In this document: piece after piece, positions 23,571-36,579 of the stretch
Position numbering within the stretch: position 1 is the first letter of the stretch
Layout of the letters: the number at the start of each line of letters is the position of its first letter
Origin: Octopus vulgaris
Taxonomy: Eukaryota
Direction: 5' to 3'
DNA length: 64,000 nucleotides
NCBI GenBank assembly: GCA_951406725.2
Contig: OX597814.1
Span: forward strand, 182,962,001 to 183,026,000
Position numbers and translations under genes: made by a program
Notes under the pieces: generated by a model
The model's input: only the letters and a program-made list of their open reading frames with translations
Told to the model about the DNA's origin: nothing
Databases searched by the model: none

Positions 23571-24627
23571 AACAAACAAGATGACAAATATCCGTCAATT
23601 GTAAATAATGTAAATAATGCACATAATTCCTCATCTCTTAAATATAGATCTGTATTATCTATTGTAGTTCTAGATGTCCTTCAACTCTTTAGACAAAAGT
23701 ATGTGTTCTGAGAGAATTTGACAATTTGGCTATTATTTCTTGTAGGTCGAGGAACTAATTGCAAATAGACTCTTTCGTAGGCTCATTGCAATCGTTTTGT
23801 TTTAACTACATTATCTAATACAGTTCAAGATGTCCTTCCATTCTTTAGCCAAATCACGTGGTTTGATAGAATTTAGCTACTCTTTCTAGCAGGTCAAGCT
23901 ACTAATTGCATAGAGATTCCTTGGTAGGCTCATTGCAGTTGTTTTATTGTAACTATATCATCTAATGTAGTTCTAAATGTGCTTCCATTCTTAAGATAAT
24001 AGCATGTGGTTTGAAAAAAAAAATAGCAATTTGGCTACTATTTCAAACAGGTTGAGAAACTGATTGATTGCATGGTGGCTCCTTGGTAAGCTCGTTGCAA
24101 TTGTTTTTTTGTTGACGATGATGATGATGTCATTTCTGACAATGTTCTTTTAATTATTTTTTGTTACACAATGTCACCATTATTGCTATACAATCTCTCA
24201 ACACTGCTTAACCTAACGCCAACATAGTTCCTTCCTTCTTCGTAATCAGTTCCAAACATCTGTTAGAATGTTTAAACAATACCCAGTAACACTCACTCCA
24301 CCCTAGAATATCACCACCACCATCACCACCACCACCACCACCACCACCACCACCGCCGCCGCCGCCGCCACCACTACGACTCAAATGCCAACACGACTCT
24401 TAAACTTAAAATGTGCGCAAGATATTCAGTGAAAGAAAAACAAAAGCCTTGATCTATCTTCAGATTATCTCAACACGCAGCTGATTATGTGATATTATAA
24501 ATCTCCTGGCAGTAACAATGATTATAAAGAGGTTTCGAGTCACGTTCATAGAGGTTGTTTGACTTTTGACATTCTGTTGCTTTTCATTCTTTTAGATACT
24601 AGATATTTTTCTTTCCTTTTAATTTTA

Positions 24628-24681
<54 letters not shown>

Positions 24682-24965
24682 TTTTTTTTTAATTTGCATT
24701 CGCCCCCCTTCCACTTCTTTGTTCCTTGTTAATCAATTGTCATTGTGGTTTGGCGGATTTCTCAAATAATATTTGCACTAATTTCGTGTTGTTCTAGTGT
24801 CAAGCTTAAACATGCTCAAAACGTTGGCACGTTTTGTCAGATAACTATTGACACAGGAGAATGACGTAATACACACAGAGAACGCACACACATACATTTG
24901 TATGCATATACGTGTACACACACACACATACATACATACATACATACATACATACATACATACAT

Positions 24966-25057
<92 letters not shown>

Positions 25058-25062
<5 letters not shown>

Positions 25063-25273
25063 TAATCCAAACATGAAAACACAAAGAGAAAACAACAACG
25101 CGAGGACGTGGAACAAGTATAATGTTATTGGACGCTCAGGAAAGAAGGAAAGAAGGAGGGTTTAACGTTTCGAGCGGAGCTCTTCGTCAGAAACATAGGA
25201 AAAGGAAAGATCCAAAGAAGGGAAGACGGAGGAAAAACATCGCCAACGGTACACACGCGGTTACATTCTGAAT
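25058..25273 (-). mobile_element. ~215-bp hammerhead-containing element in (TA)n (second copy 55550-55766)
   Basis: Near-identical to the reverse complement of 55550-55766 with the same boundaries. Confidence 0.85.
25160..25194 (-). ncRNA. minimal type-I hammerhead ribozyme motif
   Basis: Minus strand GTTT-CTGACGA-A-GAGC-TCC-GCTC-GAAAC-GTT-AAAC. Confidence 0.8.
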
Positions 25274-25401
25274 GTGTATATATATATACACACACATATA
25301 TATACATATATATACATATACTTACACCCCCCCCACACACACATATATATATATATATGTGTGTGTATATATATATGTGTGTGTGTGTGTATATATAAAT
25401 G

Positions 25402-25452
<51 letters not shown>

Positions 25453-25678
25453 GAAATATTAAAATTACTAAGTCTCTCTAAAAGAGATTACGACAGCGTT
25501 ACTGGAAATTAATTGTTATCGCCATATTAATATGGCAATCTTATAGATATAAGACTAAAAGCTGTCGCTGATTAGCTCCTTGAGGCCATCGCCTTAAGAT
25601 AGCTATATGACACACAAACTGTGTCCATTAGAACCTTCGAACAGGGGAGGTCAGCCGCTTCACACTGCTAGTCAGACA

Positions 25679-25721
25679 GCTACAGACGCGTTTCAGGGTA
25701 TTTGCCCCTTGTCAATGTAGC
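25679..25721 (-). ncRNA. type-I hammerhead ribozyme motif, U3-A8 core variant
   Basis: Exact reverse complement of 26154-26196. Confidence 0.78.
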
Positions 25722-26153
25722 GTAGTCGACTCAGCAGGTGTCGCCACTGATCGTCTCTGTTCGAAGGTTCTATTTACCTATTTTCGGTGGAGTACACCCA
25801 CTTGTTTTCAATAATAGAAACGCGTCTGTAGCTGTCTGACTAGCAGTGTGAAGCGGCTGACCTCCCTGGTTCGAAAGTTTTAATGGACACAGTTTGTGTG
25901 TCATATAGCTACCTTAAGGCGATGGCCTCATGGAGCTAATCAGCGACAGCTTTTAGTCTTATATCTATAAGATTGTCATATTAATATGGCGATAACAATT
26001 AATTTCCATTAACGCTGTCGTAATCTCTTTTAGAGAGACTTAGTAATTTTAATATTTCTATTATTGAAAACAAGTGGATGTATTCCACCGAAAATAGGTA
26101 AATAGAACCTTCGAACAGAGACGATCAGTGGCGACACCTGCTGAGTCGACTAC

Positions 26154-26196
26154 GCTACATTGACAAGGGGCAAATACCCTGAAACGCGTCTGTAGC
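26154..26196 (+). ncRNA. type-I hammerhead ribozyme motif, U3-A8 core variant
   Basis: GCTACA-TTGACAA-GGGG-CAAATA-CCCT-GAAAC-GC-GTC-TGTAGC; 6-bp stem I, palindromic stem III ACGCGT, GUC triplet. Confidence 0.78.
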
Positions 26197-26337
26197 TGTC
26201 TGACTAGCAGTGTGAAGCGGCTGACCCCCCTTGTTCGAAGGTTCTAATGGACACAGTTTGTGTGTCATATAGCTATCTTAAGGCGATGGCCTCATGGAGC
26301 TAATCAGCGACAGCTTTTAGTCTTATATCTATAAGAT

Positions 26338-26388
<51 letters not shown>

Positions 26389-26399
26389 ATATATATATT

Positions 26400-26430
<31 letters not shown>

Positions 26431-26431
26431 C

Positions 26432-26462
<31 letters not shown>

Positions 26463-26504
26463 AATAATAATGATAACAATAATTTTAATAACACCAACAT
26501 CAAC

Positions 26505-26695
26505 AATAAAAATGTCCTTTAGAGCGTCCCCAGAAAGTTTGCACCCTAGGGACAGAGAAGATTATCAGAAGTGCTTTTAGCGCTTGAAAGATTATTGGAG
26601 GCTTGTGGATATTTAAGGTTATAGGTAGTAACCCCTAAACCTACATGAATTCTACCAGGAGTAATACCAAACCTGAATCAAATCGAATAATAATC
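26505..26695 (+). mobile_element. diverged R4/Dong-like 3' end
   Basis: QKVCTLGTEKIIRSA resembles LQK..LLGTARILR; between (AAT)-rich tracts. Confidence 0.4.
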
Positions 26696-26869
26696 CTATT
26701 ATAGGCACAAGGTCAGAAATTTTGTGGGAAGGGTGCCAATATATGACTGGTACTTATTTCCTCGACCCCGAAAGGATGCAAGGCAAAGTCGACCTCGGTG
26801 GAATCTGAGATGGGAATGTAAAGCCGGAAGAAATGTTGCAGAAGAAGAGCAGCTTTGCCAAAATCCTTT

Positions 26870-27420
26870 TCAAGTTCTCTCATTCTTACGAGATTAAAAT
26901 TGTCCACATTCAACTTGAATGTATCTGTTGGAAAAACTCGAGGGAAGAATAAATTCCATAGTGTGATAATTCTGGATGAGCAGGAATGTTTAGTGTTGGT
27001 GGTGGGATTGAGATGTGATATACAAATCTGGTGGGACAAGTAGGCTTTGGTTGAAAAAGAGTATGCCGCTAACTGCTTTAGAAGAGCAGAAGTCACCTTA
27101 GTAATGATATGAAAAGCAGAGAGAAGAAGAAACAGTACGTAGTGAGCTAACTGCTGAAATATGTTAGTGATTGAGTCTTTGTCAAACAGTCGAATAACTT
27201 CATCTTAGACATAGTCTAAAATGTTGTGTGTAACAGGCGTATTATTGCTTACATATGATCAGTACTCCTGTATTGGTCTTACATGATCTTTGTACTTTCT
27301 TGCACTAAAGAAGGATCTTAAATTCTGTAACGCATTTTTGATAATGTTATAATGTTCCTATTGACTACATGCTTTTAAAGTTAGTGTTGATGAATTCAAT
27401 ATATCACTAATATAAGATAT
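26870..27420 (-). mobile_element. old LINE (CR1/L2-like) 3' fragment
   Basis: SRIITLWNL...VFP..TFKLNV resembles LINE ORF2 C-termini. Confidence 0.4.
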
Positions 27421-27933
27421 TTAGGTTGCTTATAGATAATCCTTTCTACTATATGCACAAGGCCTGAAGTTTTTGGGGCAGGGCTGGTCGGTTATATCGA
27501 CCCCAGTGCTCAACTGCTACATATTTTATCGACCCGAAAGAATGAAAGGCAAAGTCGACCTCGGTGGAATTTGAACGTAAAGACGGACGAAATACCGCTA
27601 AGCATTGTCCAGCGTGCTAATGGTTCTTTCAACTCGCCGCTTTAGGTTGCATGTTGATAACGATCTCATAATTATAGAATTATATACAATGATGGTAGAA
27701 TCTCTTTTTGCTTCGACGAATAAGGGCTTAGAAATACAAAGCTGAAAGAAAAAAACAAAACAAAACGAAATACCGACCGTCACCATATGGTCTCCTGAGT
27801 GCGGAATCAAAGCTGAAGGCTTTTCAGTAGCATCCTCTACTTGCCCCTGTCGCCTCTTTCTGTATCTCTACTGGTTTCATGAATAAAGTGTGATGGTATG
27901 TGATGCTAACACAGTAGAAAACAGTTTAATATA

Positions 27934-28497
27934 TTGGGTTGTCCGGAAAGTTCGTGCCGATTTATAGTAGCTTACCTTTCAACTTAGTTTAGAACATGGT
28001 TCAGTCCATAAAATAGGATTTGACTACACCTCCATTTAGTGCAGCTTAAACTATCTTTTCATGGAAGAAGGTTTATGTTCCTATAACCTGTGTTAATTCT
28101 GCAACCCTTTAAAATGGAAGATAAGAAAGTTCATTTTCAGCACTTGATGCTTTGGAAACCAGACAAAAATTGCTGCAGCTCGGTTGAGATGTGTTACCCC
28201 ACCCTCCATATTCACCAGGTATTGCTCCTTCGGATTTCCACTCATTCAGATCTCTGCAGAATAGTCTTAATGGTAAAAATTTCAATTCTTTGGATGACGT
28301 AAAAAGATACCTTGATGAATTCTTTGCCATGAAACCACCCCAATTCTGGGAAGAGGGTAATTTCAAGTTAAAGGAAATATGGAGACGCATTGTGCAACAA
28401 AATGGTTCATATTTGGTTGATTGATACTGCAATAGCAAGTATTTATTGACCTTTTTCTTTCCTTTAAAAATGGACACGAACTTTCCTGACAACCCAA
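27934..28497 (+). mobile_element. internally deleted mariner
   Basis: TIRs TTGGGTTGTCCGGAAAGTTCGTG / CACGAACTTTCCTGACAACCCAA; N-terminus MEDKKVHFQHLML fused to C-terminus LPHPPYSPGIAPSDFHSFRSLQN. Confidence 0.9.
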
Positions 28498-29589
28498 TTC
28501 TTGGGGTAGTATATTATGGTTGCATAAAGAAATACAGTGTTCTTACACGTCATTAAAGAGATCAGAAAACTTTACCTAATTTGGAAGGCCAAAGAACTCG
28601 TAGGCAGTGCGATGCTCAAAAAGTGTCCATTGCTTTTCTGATGCTAATGTTGTATGCATCAAAGTGGTGCGAATAATGCCTCTCAGTGGTAGAAGTAGAT
28701 GACTTTCTCCACGAATTGATGCAGCTGCCATTATAGGAAAAGACGCTGCACGTCTGTTAGTAAACAATTTGTGGAAGTTGTGATTTCATGCTTTGGTTGT
28801 GTATGGAATATAGAAAGCTATGTCTAGGAGGATGGTTTTGAATACTTGATTAAATGTTTCAGAAGGGTTAAGGAAGAAATATTTACAGTTAAAAGCAGTC
28901 AAAATTAAACTGATTGATCTCTCAAGAATTAACCGACTTGATTACTAGCGAGATCATGGATAAAATTGTTGTACGGTAGGAAGATGCCCGTTGTGTTTTC
29001 TCTACCAGGTAATCGAGCAATCGTAAAAGACTTTAATGCTTGGTTAAATGTTGGTTTCAGGGGTTAGAAAAATATCATAAATGTGTGTGTGTGTTTGTGT
29101 CTTTGGAGAGGTGGTGGCTGTTAGAGAAAGAAGTTGGAGTAAAATACTTACTGGTGCAGGGAGTGAAGGCTTGGGAACAATTTGGTTTATTTTCCAGATA
29201 TGGTAGTGAGGGAAGTGCAACGAACAAGAGGAAATTTGAATCGCATATAATCGTTGTTAGGTTGATTACGTGCATGCCATAGGTGTGTCTGTCTTCTCAG
29301 TTTAGTTACATTTGTGCAGTGTCGTACAGGGTTGTTGTGAACTAAATTATTAAATTGGCAGCTAACAAATGCCGTATACTTCAGAGGCATTACAAGTTCA
29401 ATCCATCTGGAAGGATTCCGCACAGTTTCCGTCTATACTACTTCACTCACACGGCTTAGATTCACCTATAGCTATGGTACATGACAAGGTACCATAAATT
29501 GGCATCGAACGGACTGGGGACACATGATAACGATGCGGGGTTCTTAAAAACTTAACCATATAATTGCTAATATAAGCACACGCAAGCGT

Positions 29590-30750
29590 AAATTATGTTT
29601 ATGTATGTGTATATTTAAGTGTGTGTTTATGTGTAATGCGTATACGTGTGTGCATACATACGCACTTACATGTATAAATATACTAAGTACGCGCTGACAT
29701 ACGCGCATTCACGCATACATGTAAATTCATTCGTATAATTTGTATACACCTATGCTCATATACACACATACATGCATACACGCATAAATACACACAATTT
29801 CAAGTACATACATATGAACATACATAGAGAAACACATACAGGCAAACGTACGACACACACACACAAACGCAAACACACACACACACACACACATATATAC
29901 ATGTATACAGACATATATATATATATATACATGTATAGAGCACACACACACATACGCACGTATATTAGATACATGCAAAGATGCATACATAAATGCGTAG
30001 AAGTACGAAAATACAAATACATACATAAATACATACGTACATCATATACACATACATACATACATACGTACATATGTATGTGCGTATGATGTATACATAC
30101 ATATGTAAATGCATACATCATGCACATACAAACAGATGTACATACATACATGCGTAGACATATGCTTACACACAAGTATACAAATACACACATAAACGCA
30201 CGCATGCACACATACACACGCAAACACACATACACACACACACACACCAACACACACACTCAGAAATAGCAAGATTTGTCGGTATTTTAGGAACTAAAGA
30301 AAGTAATTTCGGGAGATGACATCAAAGTCTGGTTAATTGGTTGTCTTAATTGCTGCTTCGTGAGCATGTGCGTGTGTGTACGTACTTGTTTCTGTATGTG
30401 TATGCTTGTTTGTGTGTATGTGTGTATGTGTGTGTGTGTGTGTGTGTGTATGTACTTATGCGTGAGCTTTCGTGCGCTGCGTGTGCCTATGTCCATGTGT
30501 GTATTTTCGTGTGTCTATGTGTATGCAATTGTTTGCGTATGTGTATGCAATTGTTTGCGTATGTGTGTATGAGTACGTGTAAATAGGTATCTATGCATAT
30601 GTGTATGCGTATATATATGTGCGTGTATTTGCATGCAAGAATATGTATAGATGTGTGTTTGTATGTGTGCCTACGTGCCTTTGTGTTTGTGTGTGTGCGT
30701 GTGTGTGTGTGTGTGTGCGTGAGAGTGTGTATGTGTGTGAGTGTGTACGT
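29590..30750. repeat. degenerate (CA)n/(TG)n/(TACA)n microsatellite field
   Basis: Seen directly. Confidence 0.9.
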
Positions 30751-30831
30751 GTTCTTCACTTTATTTTTGAAACATTAATTAACACATCGCCAGGAGCATA
30801 CAGATTCATTTATAGTACTCCTCTGTACCGC

Positions 30832-31445
<614 letters not shown>

Positions 31446-32044
31446 ACTGAAATAGAACAAAAACTATCAGTACACCACCACCACCACCACCACCACTACC
31501 ACCACCACCACCACCACCACCACAGCGTTAACGACGACAACATGAACAAGAGTAACAAACCATAGCAACACCAATAATACCTGTAGCATTCCCGCAATAT
31601 TTCTTCCTCAACGAGCAATCAGACAAAGACAGGATCACTCCCACTCGCCATGATTGGTTCAGATCAATTTATATGCTAATAATAGAATACTTGAATATAT
31701 TTCGGCCTTGAATCAGAAATGAATTTCTATATGAAGGTAGAATCAATGGAATACACAAACTAGACCTAATCTATAGTTTACAAAGTCAAGCTAACATATG
31801 CATGTACCCAGAAGACCGAACCAGAATATGAGAATATGCAATGTACGAAACTATTCATCCAAGCTATCTCAATGGTGAATTTCTTCTCTCAAACACTAGA
31901 AGAGCCTCCAAATGCCCGATAAACCACAGACATATGTCTAAAACACCTGCCTGTAATCTGAAATAATGGCCGCGCTCACCATCTGCAGTTACTTGTAGTA
32001 GGACTGTCAAATCCTCAGAATGTAGCAACGGGGTAATTTTATCT

Positions 32045-32276
32045 GTTTCTTTATTACCCACAAGGGACTAAACCCAGAGGGGACAAACAAGGACAGACAA
32101 GCAAATTAAGTCGATTACATCGACCCCAGCGCGTAACTGGTACTTAATTTATCGACCCCGAAAGGATGAAAGGCAAAGTCGACCTCGGCGGAATTTGAAC
32201 TCAGAACGTAACGGCAGACGAAATATGGCTACGCATTTCACCCGGCGTGCTAACGGTTCTGCCAGCTCGCCGCCTT
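32045..32276 (-). mobile_element. SINE family A
   Basis: Family match; imperfect TSD GGGGTAA..TTATC. Confidence 0.88.
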
Positions 32277-32530
32277 CAATGGGGTAAAATTATCACAGTT
32301 ACAACTGAATACAACTACACTAACTCAGTATAGCTTAAACCAACTACCCTCTTATGCACACCTTAAAATATTTGAGACGGTGTCATCTGTGACACTGTCA
32401 ATCTATCACTTTTTGCCTCTCTTTCTAGCCTGTGATTCAAACTCCTATACCACCACACTACTCATAAACATTTCAAATATACAGGATTACTTCAATAGCG
32501 TAAAAGCCACACACACCTTTCAAACGAATA

Positions 32531-32752
32531 CCTATTTCTTTTATTACCTACAGAGAGGACAAGCAAGGACAGACAAACGGATTAAGTCGATTACATCGAC
32601 CCCAGTGCGTAACTGGTACTTAATTTATCGACCCCGAAAGGATGAAAGGCAAAGTCTACCTCGGCGGAATTTGGACTCAGAACGTAAAGACAGACGAAAT
32701 ACCGCTAGACATTTCGCCCGGCGTGCTAACGTTTCTGTCATCTCGCCGCCTT
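32531..32752 (-). mobile_element. SINE family A
   Basis: Family match; TSD CTTTCAAACGAATACC. Confidence 0.85.
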
Positions 32753-33660
32753 CTTTCAAACGAATACCAACATCAACAAAGAGTTTAACCTAACTCTCCG
32801 CTTCTTGTCTATCACAAATACGAAGATAACAGTGCTCACTTATGCTTTTCTTCCTCGTGTGCTTATTGCTTTAATATGTTTCATCACTATGGAACGATAA
32901 TTTACTTTGTTTTTATTACATATCATGCGGTCAGTGAACGTTTTGAAAAGCATTGTTGAAACCGAAGCTAAGCATAGTAAGAATAAAATCTGGTTAGGAG
33001 TGAAAGTTGCAAAAACAGAAATCGAAAATAAACATCTCTCCAAAGCATTGCATTATCTAATTTTGAAAGTTGCATTAAACAGCTTCAGGATATGGTAAAG
33101 ACTCATCATTGACAACATACAAAAATATTTTGTCGTTGTCATTTAATTTATTTCATTTGATATATTTCTTGAACACCCTTTTGAACAATCCGGCTCTTGA
33201 TTAGCAGGGCAATAATTATCCCCAAGATAATACCATCAAAACGCTTATCCGCCGGTTCTTTACAAATTGCTTTCAAAGTATTATCCAACAGAATGATTGA
33301 ATATTTAAAAGCAACAACAGCAACAACATAACAGCAAATAACGCAAAAGAAAAAAACAAAGAAACCCCAATTAATTTAGTTCTTGCAGAATAAAAGGAGT
33401 GTATTTTTAAGTTCTACAGGGCATTGACCAGCTCCTTGTCAATAAAATGGTACTGGGTGATATAAAAGTACGCACAAGAACCTTTTATGTGCTCGAATAG
33501 TTTCCAAGGTCTTTGATTCTACCTCTCATGGTCGGCTTACTAAAGTGGAAGTGTATCAATTTCTTGATACTATATGAAGTTCATTAAGACAAAAATGGAA
33601 GCAACGGCGGATAATCCTTATGAATACTGCGACTGCTGTCGCTAGCCGTATAGGAATATT

Positions 33661-33864
33661 CTTTTATTCTTTTATTCCTTTATTTGTTTCAGTCATTTGT
33701 GTGCGGCCATGCTGGAGCACCGCCTTTAGTCGAGCAAAACGACCCCAGGACTTATTCTTTGTAAGCCTAGTGCTTATTCTATCGGTCTATCTTGCCGAAC
33801 AGCTAATTTACGGGGACGGAAGCACACGAGCATCGGTTGTCAAGCGATGTTGGGAGGACAGACA

Positions 33865-33909
<45 letters not shown>

Positions 33910-34050
33910 GCATACGACGGGCTTCTTTCAATTTCCGTCTACAGTAGGCTATAGTAGAAGACACTTGCCCAAGGTGCCACGCAGTGGGACTGAACCCGGA
34001 ACCATGTGGTTGGTAAGCAAGCTACTTACCACACAGCCACTCCTGCGCCT
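33661..34050 (-). mobile_element. SINE family B
   Basis: Family match with internal (CA)n. Confidence 0.88.
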
Positions 34051-35045
34051 ATAATATGTAGAAGAATTTTCTAAAGGGACTGTCTATTTGATTTGTGAGT
34101 GATTAATAATAGAAATATTCGAAGTACTATAGAGAGAGCGAAAAAACCCCTCAAAAAGAAAAAGAAAAAACACCAGATTCATTAATATTTTTTCAGCGAT
34201 TTTATGCTACAAATAAATGACGCCTTGAGAGTTTCTTCTGTATCGTCAATCAATTTAGTCAGAACACTAAGATTTCCTTTGGATTGGAAACTAGAAGATG
34301 ATAATATAACGGAGCAGATTGCCCACACGGTTCTATATATGCATCTCCTGAAATCAAAATGAGAACTACTTTCATCGATTTCAACACTGTGGAAGGAGCA
34401 AAGGTCATGGACGCCAGCGCTCCTACTTCGACTAAAACAATAAAGAAACAAAAATATAAAAAATCTATGAGAATCGAACTTGGGTCTCAAACATAATTCA
34501 CACCGCATTAGCCTCAGTTGTGAAATTCATTAGTTTCTGCACTTCTCGTCTTCTTGAAGAAGTTGTGAGTTTTGTGTAATATCGTTGATAACTTAGCCTT
34601 AGATCTTATCTTAGTTCTTTTGAAAGAGTCAGTAATAAAAATAGTCAGCAGACAGACTAAATAGCAAAAGTTAATGAAGAGGCGAAGTGATTCTGAAATC
34701 TATGTTTGGTTGAAAGCCAGAACGAAAGAGTTGAGTAAATTGGTTGTATCTGTCTCGTCGGTGAAAAAAAAAAATGAAGCGAGTAAAAATAAATAAACAG
34801 AAAAAGCGCTATTTAAAGAAATAAGATGGCTACTGATACTTAAGATCATAATCAATTTTTAGCTTTATGTATTCCTGTCACAATTTCTCAACTCACTCAC
34901 ATGGTTACTTTTAAGAGGCAATTCTCTGAACAGAAATATTTATTTGACCATAACCCTAATTAGCGGAAGCTCGCTATCTTCAGCTTCAACTTGAAATAAT
35001 TGCCGTCACCTTGGAGACGCTGCTTGTACGTTTGAGTGTGTTTCA

Positions 35046-35107
<62 letters not shown>

Positions 35108-36140
35108 GTGTGTTTGTGTATGTATAATGTGCGTATGTTTATTCGTATGTGTGTTTATGTATGTATACTCTCTCATCTTACTCGCTTTAGTTAGAGTACA
35201 GAAAAATCAAAAGTGTAGACCGCCAAGACATAAAATCTTGAAACTATGATAGTGGAATTTTATGTAAGAACAGCTTCTGGTAAATAGAGTCTCCACTAAG
35301 ATTGGCAGGCTGAGGAAAAATCGATGCTTCCTTTCAACAATTTGTAACTGTTAACTTGGATTTTATTCATGGTATTAAATACCATTGAAATCTTATCGCA
35401 GAATATCACTCTTCTGCAATGTAATTATGGCCACGAACTTTCTGCATCTGGATAACAATAATTGTTATTTTATAGCCGAAAAGGATCTTAAATAGAAACC
35501 TTTCCAATATTTATCACAGACAATGGGCTTCAGAATATGGAGTCAGCAATCATTGAAGTTTTCTGATTGAAGAGGAAAAAGAGGTAGTGGTAGTAATAGT
35601 AGGAATAGTAGTAGTAGTACAACAACAACAACAACAGCAACGATAATAGTAATAATTATAACAACACCAGCAACACTAAATATTGTTTACACAGTCAGTT
35701 TATTAAACGATAGTAACTACAGAACACAAAGAAGATAATAAAATAGCTAAAATATAGAACTTCTTAAAGCATGACAGGAAAACTAGTTTTATAATTTGAA
35801 GGAATATATAGCGAACACCTTAAAATAGAAGGCTAACTCCTTTATCAAGTTTCGATTCCTAGTTGCTATTGGCTTATGTTGCTATTCCTAGTTGCTATTC
35901 TTTTATGTTGCTAGTGGCTTTGAGAAAAGCACGAGGCTCATCAACTCATTTTTTCTTAATTGTGACCAAGTATGTTAGCACCGTTTTAAATAACAATGTT
36001 TTATGCAGCAGTTGTCTCCGGTACTTTTTTTAATACACCACTCATTTTTTAAAATTGTCACATCAATCTGTGCTCGTTCACCAAAGTGCTATATCTTGTC
36101 TAGCTATTCTAAGGTCTTGCAGTAGCAGTTAAACTATAAT

Positions 36141-36180
36141 CAGCTGATGAGATCTTATAATATCGAAACATGTTCGGTGT
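36141..36180 (+). ncRNA. degenerate hammerhead-like motif
   Basis: CTGATGA-GAT-CTTATAAT-ATC-GAAAC-AT-GTT with palindromic ACATGT, but stem I pairs poorly. Confidence 0.4.
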
Positions 36181-36385
36181 TATCACGGTACTGTTATATC
36201 CCATTCTCATTGCATTCTGTAATCAAATTTTATTAATTTTAATTCCGAACTTGCCGTCCCTGTTTTCCTAGTCATTAAGTTATTGATTTTTCTTATAACT
36301 ACCGGTGTAAAATGTGCCATTTAGCATAAACTATACGTTCATGTATAGTTTTACAATTCTATTTTCTCCATACACACACACACAC

Positions 36386-36431
<46 letters not shown>

Positions 36432-36579
36432 TGTGAGAGATAATGGTGTCAGTAAGACCCAAAGGTGTCAGGTAATGCTGAGTAAGAGCTATAGATAGAC
36501 CATAGTTAAGCTCCAGGCTCAGTGCTTATGCGAATAAGGAGTTCAACATAGGTTATATATCAGCATGCGCATATATAAA

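Larger units (their letters stand above)
23050..23653. mobile_element. head-to-head inverted pair of a tRNA-headed, hammerhead-containing short retroelement
   Basis: Arms meet at ATGCCC-GT-GGGCAT (23333-23346); each arm = A-box TGGCGTAGTGG, B-box GTTCGATTCC/ATTCGATTCC, (TAA)n, hammerhead motif, tail; 13-bp TSD ATTATCTATTGTA (23037-23049 / 23654-23666). Confidence 0.85.
22873..24105 (+). repeat. diverged ~150-bp tandem repeat (4 units), interrupted by an insertion at 23050-23653
   Basis: Recurring AACTACATTATCTAA..AGTTCTAGATG...ATTTGGCTACTATTTC...GGCTCATTGCA. Confidence 0.8.
25448..26343. mobile_element. retrozyme/Penelope-pLTR-like array: one inverted ~364-bp unit plus ~1.45 tandem units, in (TA)n
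   Basis: GAAACGCGTCTGTAGC recurs at 25817 and 26181 (period 364); 25448-25820 is one complete inverted unit. Confidence 0.88.

Noticed and set aside
26215-26312. HDV-like fold suggested by GCTGA/TCAGC pairing and GCTAA
   Set aside because: L3 would be too long and there is no P1; the same bases are better explained by the rod enclosing the hammerhead.
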